Assembly: GCA_963668315.1 (NCBI GenBank)
Contig: OY764216.1
Location: 2,848,001-2,912,000, forward strand
DNA length: 64,000 bases
Reading direction: 5' to 3'
Origin: Spirochaetia bacterium
Lineage (GTDB): Bacteria > Spirochaetota > Spirochaetia > DSM-2461
Below, piece after piece: positions 49,591 through 59,095 of this stretch. Made by a program: the position numbers and the translations under genes. The notes beneath the pieces are model-generated. The model was not told the origin of the DNA, made no database searches, and was given only the letters and a program-made list of their open reading frames with translations. Numbering within the stretch: position 1 is the stretch's first letter; every line of letters begins with the position of its first letter.

Positions 49591-50463
49591 GTGGATAGAA
49601 AACAGTTCGGAGAGAAAATCCGTTATTTTCGAAAGCAGAAGGGGCTGACACAGGGACAGCTTGCCGAGATGATCGGCGTTTCCCAGGTGACGATTGCCCA
49701 TTATGAGAGGGGAAACAGGTTTCCCAAGGGGACAAAACTGGCCCTGCTGGCATCGGTTCTGAATGTGTCAGTCGATTCCCTGATGGGCCTTGAGGTAAAG
49801 GAAGAGGCGGAAAGCCAGGGCCTTTATTCCATTGATGAGCTGATAGAGCTCCTCCACTCCGATTCGATGGAACGAAGCTGGGTTTACCTGAGACACTGGC
49901 AGCTGTCGAGGAAATACGACAGCATGGGGGTTTTCCGGGATATTCTCATTCCCCTCCTTGAGCGGGTGGGCGACCTCTGGCAGGAGAAAAAGATATACAT
50001 CTCCCAGGAGCATATCATTACCGATAAGGTCAAGCTGCTTATAGACAGGCTGGTAAGGGAGGAGATGGAGGAAAAGCATATTCTTCCCGACAGGGAGAGA
50101 AAATGGATGGGACTGTGTGCTCCCGGTGAGCAGCATGAGCTTGTGCTTTTCATGATAAGCCAGCTTATGAGACTGAGCGGCTGGGATGTCAATTATCTGG
50201 GAAAGGATATACCGCTGAACGATTTGAAGAAGATGGTCAGGCGTTACAAACCGGATATCCTGGTTTTTTCCATTACCATGAAAAACCATGGTAAGATACT
50301 GAAAGAGTATCTGGAGGGACTGTCGGTGTTCTTGAAGAGGTCACGCATTATTGTAGGGGGACGAGGCTGGATCGGCGGTACCGGAGAAGGACCTTCTGCC
50401 GAGGCGGAATATGTCGATAGCCTGGATCAATACTTTTCTCTGATAGGGGAAGGAAAGAAATAG
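49591..50463 (+). CDS. XRE-HTH plus cobalamin-binding-domain transcriptional regulator (CarH-like sensor)
   Basis: GLTQGQLAEMIGVSQVTIAHYERG HTH; W-x9-EH; EQH..V-x41-SIT-x26-GG; GTG 49591 preferred to TTG 49555. Confidence 0.88.
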   Translation: MDRKQFGEKIRYFRKQKGLTQGQLAEMIGVSQVTIAHYERGNRFPKGTKLALLASVLNVSVDSLMGLEVKEEAESQGLYSIDELIELLHSDSMERSWVYLRHWQLSRKYDSMGVFRDILIPLLERVGDLWQEKKIYISQEHIITDKVKLLIDRLVREEMEEKHILPDRERKWMGLCAPGEQHELVLFMISQLMRLSGWDVNYLGKDIPLNDLKKMVRRYKPDILVFSITMKNHGKILKEYLEGLSVFLKRSRIIVGGRGWIGGTGEGPSAEAEYVDSLDQYFSLIGEGKK

Positions 50464-50472
50464 GAGTTTATT

Positions 50473-51567
50473 ATGAATCTACCGGGGAAGTTGTACATAC
50501 CAATAGTATGTGTCTTGCTGACGGGAATGTTTGTTTCCTGCGGGGAGGAGTCCGACCAGGTGACCAGCGCCAGTTATCACGGGGACGGTACAGAAGAACC
50601 CCGGCCGGTGGAAGCCGTAGAGCTTCATAGGGATAAGCTGATAAAGCGGGTTAGCGGATCGGGTATCATCCGGGGACGTGACGAGGTGTGGAGTACCTCG
50701 GAGACCCAGGGGACGATTGTGGAAGTCTATGTCTCCCCGGGCGATTATGTCAGCAAAGGGGATCCCCTTATTAAAGTGGAGGACAACCTGGCTTACTGGG
50801 AGATGAAAAGGGCGGAACAGCAGTTTAAAACCTCCGATTTCGAGTACCGGGGCAAAAAGAACTCCTTTGAGAACGGCGCCGTATCGGAAATCGAATACAA
50901 CCGGTCCTATGCTTCCTGGTTTTCCAGCCGGGCCGCCTATGAAACCGCTCTGCAGGCCTATGAAAACTGCACTCTCCGTGCTCCTATCTCCGGCCATGTC
51001 TCCCAGATGGATACGACGCTGACGGCGGGGAACATTCTGAACCGGGGGACTCCGGTCATGAAGATCATCAATACCGATGAGTTTCTCCTCAATATAGCCC
51101 TGGGACAGAGGGAAGTCGGCCTGGTCACCCTGGATTCTCCTGTCGCTGTCACTATTGAGCTGGCGGATACGGTTCTGCGGGCCGAAGGAAGGGTTCTGGA
51201 CATCTCCACCGGAAGCGACGGGGAAACGGGCAGTTTTCCCTTAAGGGTCGTCTGGAAAAACGAGTGGGACAGCCTGGTCAGACCGGGAATGACCGCCCGG
51301 GTGGAACTGCAGGCCGAAAGGGGGGAGGAAGGCATAATCATCCCCTATGACAGCATTCTGGAGAGGGACGGTAAGAAATGGGTTTTCGTCGCCCTTGCGG
51401 AAGATAATGGGGTAAAAGCCTATCCCCGGGAGATACAGCCGGGCAGCAGGCTGGGAAACAGGATACGCATTGATGAAGGCCTGGAAGAGGGGGAATCCCT
51501 TATCATTTCGGCTCTGACGACCCTCTACCCGGGGGCTCCCGTTGAGCTGAGCTACCTGAACGAGTAG
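50473..51567 (+). CDS. RND efflux periplasmic adaptor (MFP) lipoprotein
   Basis: Lipobox FVSC; GDYVSKGDPL, LRAPISG, RPGMTA, GLEEGE. Confidence 0.9.
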   Translation: MNLPGKLYIPIVCVLLTGMFVSCGEESDQVTSASYHGDGTEEPRPVEAVELHRDKLIKRVSGSGIIRGRDEVWSTSETQGTIVEVYVSPGDYVSKGDPLIKVEDNLAYWEMKRAEQQFKTSDFEYRGKKNSFENGAVSEIEYNRSYASWFSSRAAYETALQAYENCTLRAPISGHVSQMDTTLTAGNILNRGTPVMKIINTDEFLLNIALGQREVGLVTLDSPVAVTIELADTVLRAEGRVLDISTGSDGETGSFPLRVVWKNEWDSLVRPGMTARVELQAERGEEGIIIPYDSILERDGKKWVFVALAEDNGVKAYPREIQPGSRLGNRIRIDEGLEEGESLIISALTTLYPGAPVELSYLNE

Positions 51568-51576
51568 GACACGCAT

Positions 51577-54500
51577 ATGAGTATCTCAAAGTTTTCCGTA
51601 AATAATCAGGTTTTTCTGAATATATTGATGATCGCCCTTCTGGTGTTCGGATTTTTTTCCGCCGGCAGGATGCCCCGCGAGCAGTATGATGAGGTTCCCT
51701 TCTATTTCGTGAACATCACCGTTCCCTATCCGGGGGCGGGCGCGGAGGATGTGGAAAGGCAGGTCACCATACCCATAGAAAATGAAATGCAGTCCCTCGA
51801 TGAACTTAAGGAGGTCTCCTCCCTGTCGTCGGAGGGGCTCTCCTTTGTTCAGATTCAGTTTGACGACGGGATTTCGGCGGCGAAATTCGATAAGCTTTTC
51901 AGCGATGTGAGAACGGCTTTTTCCAAGGCTTCCCTGCCCGACGGCGTCCAGGAGGAACTTATCGATGACTTCTCCTCCACCGATTTCATTCCCGTGGCGG
52001 AAGTCGTTCTTTCCGGTGATGTGGACTACGCCCGGCTCATCCGTACGGCGGAGCAGATGGAATCGGATATCAGAGCGATTCCCGATGTCTCCGGTGTCGA
52101 GATAGTCGGAGCCCGGGATAAGCAGATTGCCGTTGAACTGGACAAAGCGGCGGCGGAAGCGCGGGGCATTACTCTGGAAGAGGTCGCCCGGGCCATCCGG
52201 GGGGCCAATATGACCGTTCCCGGGGGAACCTTCGTCACCGATGAGGGGGAGTATCTTATCAGGACGACAGGAAGCATTGAGGGAATAGAATCGCTCGGGG
52301 ATATTATCGTGAGAAGGGGCAACGGGAACGGCGGCATCCTGCGGGTGGATCAGGTGGCCCGAGTGAAGGAGCGGTTTGATCCGGAGGGGACAAAGGCCCG
52401 CTTCAATGGAAAGACATCCCTTGTCCTGCGTATTACCAAAGTGCCCGGCGGGGACGGGGTGGGTATCATCGACGGGGTTAAATCCCTCATGGACGAGTAC
52501 CGGGAACAGACCGGCCGCCAGATATCCATCACCCTGGTCAACGATTCCACCATACAGATACGAAACAGTTTGAATGTCCTTCGCAATAATGTCCTCATAG
52601 GGCTGCTTCTTCTCGTGGGAATCCTCTTTCTATTCGTGGGAATCAGAAACAGTCTGATGACGGCTCTGGGTATCCCGGTTACCTTTGCGGCTACCTTCAT
52701 CGTGCTGGAAATCTTCGGGGAGACATTCAATACCAATACACTTTTCGGCCTGGTTTTAGTCCTGGGACTCGTGGTGGATCACGCCATCGTCATTATAGAA
52801 AACGGCTACCGCATGCAGGAGCTGGGACTCAGCCCAAGGGAGGCGGCCGTGAAGGGGACCTCCCAGGTGGCCGTACCGGTTATCGCCGCCACGGCTACGA
52901 CGGTCGCCGCCTTTCTTCCCCTTATGATACTGCCCGGGACAATAGGTAAATTCCTGCGGGTCATTCCTTTTACCGTTTCCATCGCCCTCCTGCTCTCAAC
53001 CGGGGAAGCCCTGCTGTTTATTCCCGCCCATTTCGCCCACTGGCCGGGAAACCGGAAAAGGAGGAATGATTCGGTTCGGTGGATCAGGTTCCGGGACTTT
53101 TTCGGCCGGATTCTCGAAAAACTGTACGGGAAAAAAGGGCTGACCGTATCTATCATTCTGCTGCTTATGGTGCTGAGTTTTACCCTCGTCCCCCTCCTGG
53201 AAACAGATCTGTTTTCCGCCGAGGACTATACGGTTTTTTATATCGATGTGGAGATGGCCCCCGGAACGACGCAGGAGAGAACGGAACAGGTCCTGAGCCG
53301 CTTTGAAGAGAGACTCCTTCCCCTGGTGGGGAACGGGGAGATTACCTCCCTTTCCCTCTCAATAGGATTTCTCGGCAGCGACAGCGGCAGCCGCGTCAGA
53401 AATAATGTGGGTCAGCTGACCGTGGACCTGGCGGAACGGGAGGAGGGGAGAACCCGTTCCATTACGGATATCATGGAGGATGTCCGGACTCTTACGGGGG
53501 ATATCCCCGGGCCGGAGTATGTGGAATACCGGAAGGCGACAAACGGTCCCCCCTCCGATGCCCCGGTGGCCTTCCGTCTCTTCGGAAACAGCCGGGAGGA
53601 ACTGGTGCAGGCTTCTGAGAGACTCCAGGAGGAGCTGAGAACATTTCCCGAACTGTTCAGTATCCGCGATGATTACGAACCGGGTACGCCGGAACTGCAG
53701 ATCACCGTGGACAAGGAGCGGGCCGCTTCATACGGTATGACGCCCCTCACGGTCGGTTTAGCCGTTCAGGAGGCTCTGGAGGGCTACGGGGCCGGTTCCT
53801 ACTTTAAGGACAACGAAGAGATCGATGTGGTGGTATATTACGAAGGGGCCGGTTCGGGAGCCCTGGAAGATCTTCTCCAGCTCTATCTCATTACCCCGCG
53901 GGGTGACAGGATCCCCTTTTCGGCTCTCTGCCGGATAGAGCCGAAATCATCCCCTTCGGCCATAAGCCGTGTCGACGGGAAAAGACAGATTCAGGTAACG
54001 AGCGAAGCCTATGACACGGAGAACCTGCCTGTCATCGACCGGGCCGTACAGCGGGTCTTCGACGAGGAGATCGCCCCCCGGTTTCCCGATGTGACGCTGA
54101 AGCTGGGGGGAGAGTTCTCCGAATTCGGCGACCTTCTCATTCAGATACTGCGTATCTTCCTTATCGGGATTTTTCTCATCTACATCATTCTGGCATCCCA
54201 GTTCAACTCCTATACCCAGCCTCTTATCATCCTCTTTTCCGTACCGCTGGCCTTCATGGGGGTCATTCTGTTCCTGGTCCTTTCGGGAAATCCCTTTTCC
54301 ACCACCGTTATCTACGCAGGGGTGGCCCTGGCCGGCATTGCCGTGAACGATTCCATTGTACTTATAAGCTTCATCAATGAGGAGAGAAGCGAGGGCAGGG
54401 GGATTTCCGAATCTGTGAAGGAGGCGGTTCTGACAAGGCTGAGGCCCATTCTTCTCACTTCCCTGACGACGATTGGGGGGCTCCTTCCCACGGCGGTAGG

Positions 54501-54672
54501 CCTGGGGGGCAAGTCCGTTGTCTGGGGCCCCATGGCGGGTACCATCGTCTTCGGACTCCTCTTTTCGACTCTTACGGCCCTGCTTTTCATTCCCTGCCTC
54601 TACGGGTTTCTTTATGACAGGAAGAAAGGGGCTGGAGCGGCCCTTTCTGATGGGGGAGAAGATAAACGCTGA
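51577..54672 (+). CDS. RND efflux permease (AcrB/AcrD/AcrF family)
   Basis: YPGAGAEDVE, GLVVDHAIV, AVNDSIVL, RLRPILLTSLTT; 1031 aa. Confidence 0.95.
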   Translation: MSISKFSVNNQVFLNILMIALLVFGFFSAGRMPREQYDEVPFYFVNITVPYPGAGAEDVERQVTIPIENEMQSLDELKEVSSLSSEGLSFVQIQFDDGISAAKFDKLFSDVRTAFSKASLPDGVQEELIDDFSSTDFIPVAEVVLSGDVDYARLIRTAEQMESDIRAIPDVSGVEIVGARDKQIAVELDKAAAEARGITLEEVARAIRGANMTVPGGTFVTDEGEYLIRTTGSIEGIESLGDIIVRRGNGNGGILRVDQVARVKERFDPEGTKARFNGKTSLVLRITKVPGGDGVGIIDGVKSLMDEYREQTGRQISITLVNDSTIQIRNSLNVLRNNVLIGLLLLVGILFLFVGIRNSLMTALGIPVTFAATFIVLEIFGETFNTNTLFGLVLVLGLVVDHAIVIIENGYRMQELGLSPREAAVKGTSQVAVPVIAATATTVAAFLPLMILPGTIGKFLRVIPFTVSIALLLSTGEALLFIPAHFAHWPGNRKRRNDSVRWIRFRDFFGRILEKLYGKKGLTVSIILLLMVLSFTLVPLLETDLFSAEDYTVFYIDVEMAPGTTQERTEQVLSRFEERLLPLVGNGEITSLSLSIGFLGSDSGSRVRNNVGQLTVDLAEREEGRTRSITDIMEDVRTLTGDIPGPEYVEYRKATNGPPSDAPVAFRLFGNSREELVQASERLQEELRTFPELFSIRDDYEPGTPELQITVDKERAASYGMTPLTVGLAVQEALEGYGAGSYFKDNEEIDVVVYYEGAGSGALEDLLQLYLITPRGDRIPFSALCRIEPKSSPSAISRVDGKRQIQVTSEAYDTENLPVIDRAVQRVFDEEIAPRFPDVTLKLGGEFSEFGDLLIQILRIFLIGIFLIYIILASQFNSYTQPLIILFSVPLAFMGVILFLVLSGNPFSTTVIYAGVALAGIAVNDSIVLISFINEERSEGRGISESVKEAVLTRLRPILLTSLTTIGGLLPTAVGLGGKSVVWGPMAGTIVFGLLFSTLTALLFIPCLYGFLYDRKKGAGAALSDGGEDKR

Positions 54673-54859
54673 TATATGGACGTAAATTTTCCAAATCATG
54701 GCCGGAGTACTGGTTTCTTACTCCCCGAAAGTGGTATGATCCGCTGTTGCATTATAAACCGGGCCTTGCCGATTTCAACAGCGCCGGGGTTCAGATCTGC
54801 ACGTTAAGGGCAAAATCGCCCTTTGGGCCGTCCATCCGTGCATTTAAGGAGAAGGGAAC

Positions 54860-55486
54860 ATGTTGAAAGTGGGTCAGTATAATAATTTCCGTGTGGTACA
54901 GGGTACCAACCGGGGCTGGTATATAGAAGAGGCGGGGGAGAAGCTTTTTATTCCCAAGAGAGAGCTTCCTCCGGGGACGATTGTGGGCCATCGGGTTAAA
55001 CTCTTCGTTTACAACAAGGGAAAGGGGGAGATCCGCGCCACGTCGGCCGTTCCCTATGCCCAGGTCAATCAGTTCGCCTATCTGAAAGTAAAGGATGTCG
55101 CCTCCTTCGGGATGTTCCTTGACTGGGGAATCGATAAGGATCTTTTCGTGCCCAACCGTTTTATGAAGGACAAACCCGAGCCGGGTACCTCCCTTATCGT
55201 CCGTCTTGTTCTGGATGAACAGGACAGAAGCGTCATCGGCAGCTGCCTGCTCGACGATTATCTTGAGGAGAAACCCGGAAAGGAACTCAAGAAAAATCAG
55301 CAGGCCCGGCTCCTTATCTGCGGTATCAAGGATATCGGGTTCCGGGTCATCATCAATGATAAGTACCGCGGACTCCTTTACCGGGATGAAAATGCCGATT
55401 CCATACGCTTCGGAGACAAGAAGCAGGGGTATATCAGGAAAATCCGTTCAGACGGCCTTATCGATGTTTCCCTCGATCGGAACTGA
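54860..55486 (+). CDS. CvfB-like S1 RNA-binding protein
   Basis: GMFLDWGIDKDLFVP, YRGLLY, GYIRKIRSDGLIDVSL. Confidence 0.85.
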   Translation: MLKVGQYNNFRVVQGTNRGWYIEEAGEKLFIPKRELPPGTIVGHRVKLFVYNKGKGEIRATSAVPYAQVNQFAYLKVKDVASFGMFLDWGIDKDLFVPNRFMKDKPEPGTSLIVRLVLDEQDRSVIGSCLLDDYLEEKPGKELKKNQQARLLICGIKDIGFRVIINDKYRGLLYRDENADSIRFGDKKQGYIRKIRSDGLIDVSLDRN

Positions 55487-56684
55487 TGCGGCCCCTGAGC
55501 AGATAGATCAGATAGAACAGGGTCGCTATGGCGGCGAGGAAGCTGAAGGATGCCTTCAGGCCCCACCTGTCGCCGGTAATACCGATGAGCGGGAAGATAA
55601 TAATCATATATAAGCTGAACGCCATACTCTGGAAGGAGAGAATGGTGGCCCTTCTTTCCGAGGGGATCAGTCTGTTCAGATAGTCCTGTACGGCGACATA
55701 AAGAATCCCCTGGGCAAAGCCGGTCAGGCAGTAAAAAAAAGGAGCCCAGGGCGTCAGGGCGATTCCCCAGAAACAGACAATCAGATAAACGGGAAAAAGG
55801 AGGAACACCCGGTCCGGTCCTATCCTTTTTTCGAATTTCTCGGCTCTTAATCCGGCCAGAGCGCTGAGAAGGGAACCACATGCCAGAATAAGCCCTATGG
55901 TGAACTCATTTCTGCCCCCTCCCTTCCAGTAGGTCTGCAGGTAGAAGTAGAGGCTGGTGATAAACATCATAATCATTTCGGTAAAGAGGATGAGAAAGGC
56001 TATTCTGGGCTTCTCCCTGACAACTCTCAGACTCTCTACCGTCTGTACCTTCAGGGCGCAGAAGCCGCCCATCATGCGAAGGCGGTCCCTTTCTTCTCCG
56101 CCCAGCCGGGGTTCCTCAAAGAAACCGGAGGCGATGACGGCGCAGCCTGCCAGAGCGAAAGCCGGAAGAAATACCCAGGCATAGCCGAGGTAGTGGGCGC
56201 AGTAGCCTCCCGCCAGAAAACTGATTATCGCTCCCGACTCGAAAATGAAGTTATTCCGGCCCGCAGTCTTTTTGTACTCCTCTTCGCGGCCCAGTTCCTT
56301 GAGGGAGTCGTAGATGAGAGCTTCGCCGGCACCGCTTTCCAGGTTATATCCCAGGGCGCAGAAAATAAAACCGGCCGCCTGCACGGTAAATCCCCGGCCG
56401 TAGTAGAGTATGATCAGGCTTATGAGAAAAAGGATACGCCCCCACAGACGGCTTGTTTTCCTTCCCAGAAGATCGGCGACAAGACCGGTCGGAACTTCCA
56501 TCAGAAAACTGGTCAGGTGAAAAATCCCCTCCAGAATACCAAGCTCCGTAAGAGAGTAGCCCCTCAGAGAGAGCCATATCATCCATAATCCCTGTGTGAG
56601 GTTTATGTAACTCAGTCCAAGATAAAGATAATTCTTGGGTAGGTTTGCTTTCAGTCTTTCGCTGTGGTCCTGTCTGTTTTTCAT
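55458..56684 (-). CDS. MFS transporter
   Basis: EVPTGLVADLLGRK, SGAGEALIYD, IPSERRATILS; start ATG 56684 preferred. Confidence 0.9.
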   Translation of the reverse strand: MKNRQDHSERLKANLPKNYLYLGLSYINLTQGLWMIWLSLRGYSLTELGILEGIFHLTSFLMEVPTGLVADLLGRKTSRLWGRILFLISLIILYYGRGFTVQAAGFIFCALGYNLESGAGEALIYDSLKELGREEEYKKTAGRNNFIFESGAIISFLAGGYCAHYLGYAWVFLPAFALAGCAVIASGFFEEPRLGGEERDRLRMMGGFCALKVQTVESLRVVREKPRIAFLILFTEMIMMFITSLYFYLQTYWKGGGRNEFTIGLILACGSLLSALAGLRAEKFEKRIGPDRVFLLFPVYLIVCFWGIALTPWAPFFYCLTGFAQGILYVAVQDYLNRLIPSERRATILSFQSMAFSLYMIIIFPLIGITGDRWGLKASFSFLAAIATLFYLIYLLRGRISSDRGKHR

Positions 56685-56706
56685 GGCGGCTTTAGGCCCG
56701 TTCCCT

Positions 56707-57351
56707 TTAAAGTAGTTCTTCCCCCCGGGATTGGAGGGCCTTTTTTTCGGCCTGATTAACCATGAAGAAAAGATTTTCAATTTCTAGACCGATATTCACA
56801 TTATGGATACGGCAGCCCTCTTTGCTCTTCAGTTGAAGGGGGGCGAAATTCAGTATTCCCTTTATGCCGCAGTTCACCATCATCTCCATGGTCTGCATGG
56901 CGGCAGAGTAGGGTACGGCTATGATTCCCACATCAATATGATGTTCGAGAACGTAGGGTTTGAGAATCTCCAGGGGGTAAAGGGGAATATTATTCATTTC
57001 TGCCTGGGGCGGATTAATATCAAAACCGGCGGCGATACGGAAGCCTTCCCTTATATAATCATGATTGATAAGGGCCTTACCCAGATTTCCGCATCCCACG
57101 ATGACGATCTCCTGGAGGCCCGAATCCCCGAGGAGGTGGTTCAGTTTGTCCAGCACACGGTTGATGCTGTAACCTCCTCTTCTGTTTCCCTCAATCTTGA
57201 AATGGGAGAAATCCTTCCTGACAAGGGCGGCGGAAATCTCAAGAGCGTCCCCCAGGTTATTTGAATAGACCCTGTCCAGGCCGAGTGATTTAAACTGAAG
57301 AAGTATCCTTTTGTACTTCATAAGCCGAAGCATCAGGTCCTTTTGTTCCAT
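56707..57351 (-). CDS. rex: Redox-sensing transcriptional repressor Rex
   Basis: VRKDFSHF..G...GY winged helix; VGCGNLGKAL Rossmann fold; GILNFAP. Confidence 0.93.
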   Translation of the reverse strand: MEQKDLMLRLMKYKRILLQFKSLGLDRVYSNNLGDALEISAALVRKDFSHFKIEGNRRGGYSINRVLDKLNHLLGDSGLQEIVIVGCGNLGKALINHDYIREGFRIAAGFDINPPQAEMNNIPLYPLEILKPYVLEHHIDVGIIAVPYSAAMQTMEMMVNCGIKGILNFAPLQLKSKEGCRIHNVNIGLEIENLFFMVNQAEKKALQSRGEELL

Positions 57352-57374
57352 CAGATGATATCCTTATTTTAATA

Positions 57375-57392
57375 TTGTGAAATATAGTACAT
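57375..57392. promoter_or_regulatory. Weak Rex operator candidate near the rex start
   Basis: TTGTGAA-ATAT-AGTACAT versus TTGTGAA-N4-TTCACAA. Confidence 0.45.
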
Positions 57393-57487
57393 TAAAAGGC
57401 AAATAATATCAATAAGTTGTAATTTAATGTAAGTAACAACTAAGTATATTAGGTATAAAGTTGACCTATGTAATTTTGGCTGTTTTG

Positions 57488-57505
57488 TTGTGAAATAAGT
57501 AACAA
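57488..57505. promoter_or_regulatory. Rex operator candidate
   Basis: TTGTGAA-ATAA-GTAACAA (12 of 14 consensus positions). Confidence 0.7.
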
Positions 57506-57641
57506 TATAAAACATAACCGTATCAATAAGGCTAAAGTTTTAACGATTTTCCTTGCGCAGTAAAGGTAAAGTACCGTAAAATATCGTTGACTTTATACAA
57601 TATTAGTCAAAAACAAGATCACTATATGTTAGGGAGGTCCT

Positions 57642-58130
57642 ATGGCAGTAGCTGAAGCGGAAGAGCTTAAAATGTCCGATGAACTTTTGGCTTTCATCGG
57701 TGAATGGAAAGTCAAACCGGGTAACCTTATTATGATTCTTCATCGTGTCCAGGAGGAATTTGGTTATATTCCCCGTCCGGTGGCAATCGAATTAAGCCGT
57801 ATGCTGGAAGTGCCGTTGGCAAAAATTTATGGAGTTATCACCTTTTATCATTTTTTCAAACTGGTGAAGCCGGGTAAGCATAAGCTTCAGGTTTGTATGG
57901 GCACCGCCTGTTACCTGAGGGGAGGCGACGATCTGATTGCCGAGCTGGAGACCATGCTGGGAATCGGTGTTAACGAAACGACCGAGGACGGTCTCTTTTC
58001 CCTGGAAGCTGTACGCTGTGTCGGCTGCTGCGGTCTTGCTCCCGTTGTGGTTTGCGGTTCCGATGTTTATGGAAAGCTGACCACCGATCAGCTGGCGGAA
58101 ATCGTGGCAAAATACAGGAACGCCGAGTAG
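57642..58130 (+). CDS. hndA: [FeFe]-hydrogenase NuoE-like 2Fe-2S subunit (HndA/HydC)
   Basis: VCMGTACYLRG, RCVGCCGLAP. Confidence 0.88.
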   Translation: MAVAEAEELKMSDELLAFIGEWKVKPGNLIMILHRVQEEFGYIPRPVAIELSRMLEVPLAKIYGVITFYHFFKLVKPGKHKLQVCMGTACYLRGGDDLIAELETMLGIGVNETTEDGLFSLEAVRCVGCCGLAPVVVCGSDVYGKLTTDQLAEIVAKYRNAE

Positions 58131-58673
58131 ATGCACTTTGCCGTCTGCGACTATATCCTGGATATGGTTCAGAATTCCATTGAAGCCGGAGCGGACAGAA
58201 TTGAACTTATTCTGGCCGAAAGGTACAACGGATTGACGCTGAACCTCAGGGACAACGGTTGCGGCATGACGGAAGAAGAACTGAAAAAAGCAAAAGATCC
58301 CTTTTATACTGACGGTGTTAAGCATAAGGCCCGGAAAGTCGGGCTAGGTATACCTTTTCTTATTCAGATGGCCGAATCCACAGAGGGGCGATTTGATATA
58401 GAATCAAAGAAGAACGGAGGAACGGAAGTATCCGTTTTCTTCAATACGTCCCATATCGATACTCCCCCTGTCGGGGACCTGGTATCGCTGTTCTTACAGG
58501 CCATGACTTTCGACGGCTCCTATGAGCTGATTATCAGAAGGGTTTTCCCGTCTGGAGGCAGAGAGAGTTATGAGTTGGTCAGAAGCCAGCTCAGCGAGAT
58601 CCTGGGTGATCTGAACCGGGCAGGCAATATGGCGCTGCTCAGGGATTTTATCGCATCCCAGGAAAATGAATAG
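58131..58673 (+). CDS. Stand-alone histidine-kinase-like ATPase (HATPase_c)
   Basis: QNSIEAGA, DNGCGM, DPFYT, VGLGIP. Confidence 0.85.
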   Translation: MHFAVCDYILDMVQNSIEAGADRIELILAERYNGLTLNLRDNGCGMTEEELKKAKDPFYTDGVKHKARKVGLGIPFLIQMAESTEGRFDIESKKNGGTEVSVFFNTSHIDTPPVGDLVSLFLQAMTFDGSYELIIRRVFPSGGRESYELVRSQLSEILGDLNRAGNMALLRDFIASQENE

Positions 58674-58694
58674 AAGACGAACAAGGAGACAATA

Positions 58695-59084
58695 ATGGCT
58701 AAGATGACCCTTGAAGAACTCCGTAAACTTCGCTCCGGCGAAAAACAGGCCCTCAGCAACAGAGATATAGAGGGCAAGGAAGTTCAGGTTATAATTGGTA
58801 TGGGAACCTGCGGAATCGCCGCCGGCGCCAAGGATACCATGGACAGCTTTGTTAACTGCATCAACAGTAACGGGCTTCAGAACGTGACCATCAGACAGAC
58901 AGGCTGCATGGGACTCTGTTACGCCGAACCTACGGTGGAAATCAAGATGGCCGGCATGGCCGACACGATTTACGGCAACGTCAATGCCGAAGTGGCCAAG
59001 GAGATCGTGGAAAATCATATTCTGCACAAGAGGCTGGTTGATAAGCACGTTTTCGATAAACCCGCCGCCGATATCACACAGTAG
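58695..59084 (+). CDS. hndB: Thioredoxin-like 2Fe-2S ferredoxin subunit (HndB/HydD)
   Basis: GMGTCGIAAGA, TGCMGLCYAEP. Confidence 0.85.
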   Translation: MAKMTLEELRKLRSGEKQALSNRDIEGKEVQVIIGMGTCGIAAGAKDTMDSFVNCINSNGLQNVTIRQTGCMGLCYAEPTVEIKMAGMADTIYGNVNAEVAKEIVENHILHKRLVDKHVFDKPAADITQ

Positions 59085-59095
59085 GAGACGAGAAA

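Noticed and set aside
54806..54823. GGGCAAAA resembling the start of a c-di-GMP-I riboswitch
   Set aside because: The downstream GAAA-capped stem and GCAAAG elements are absent
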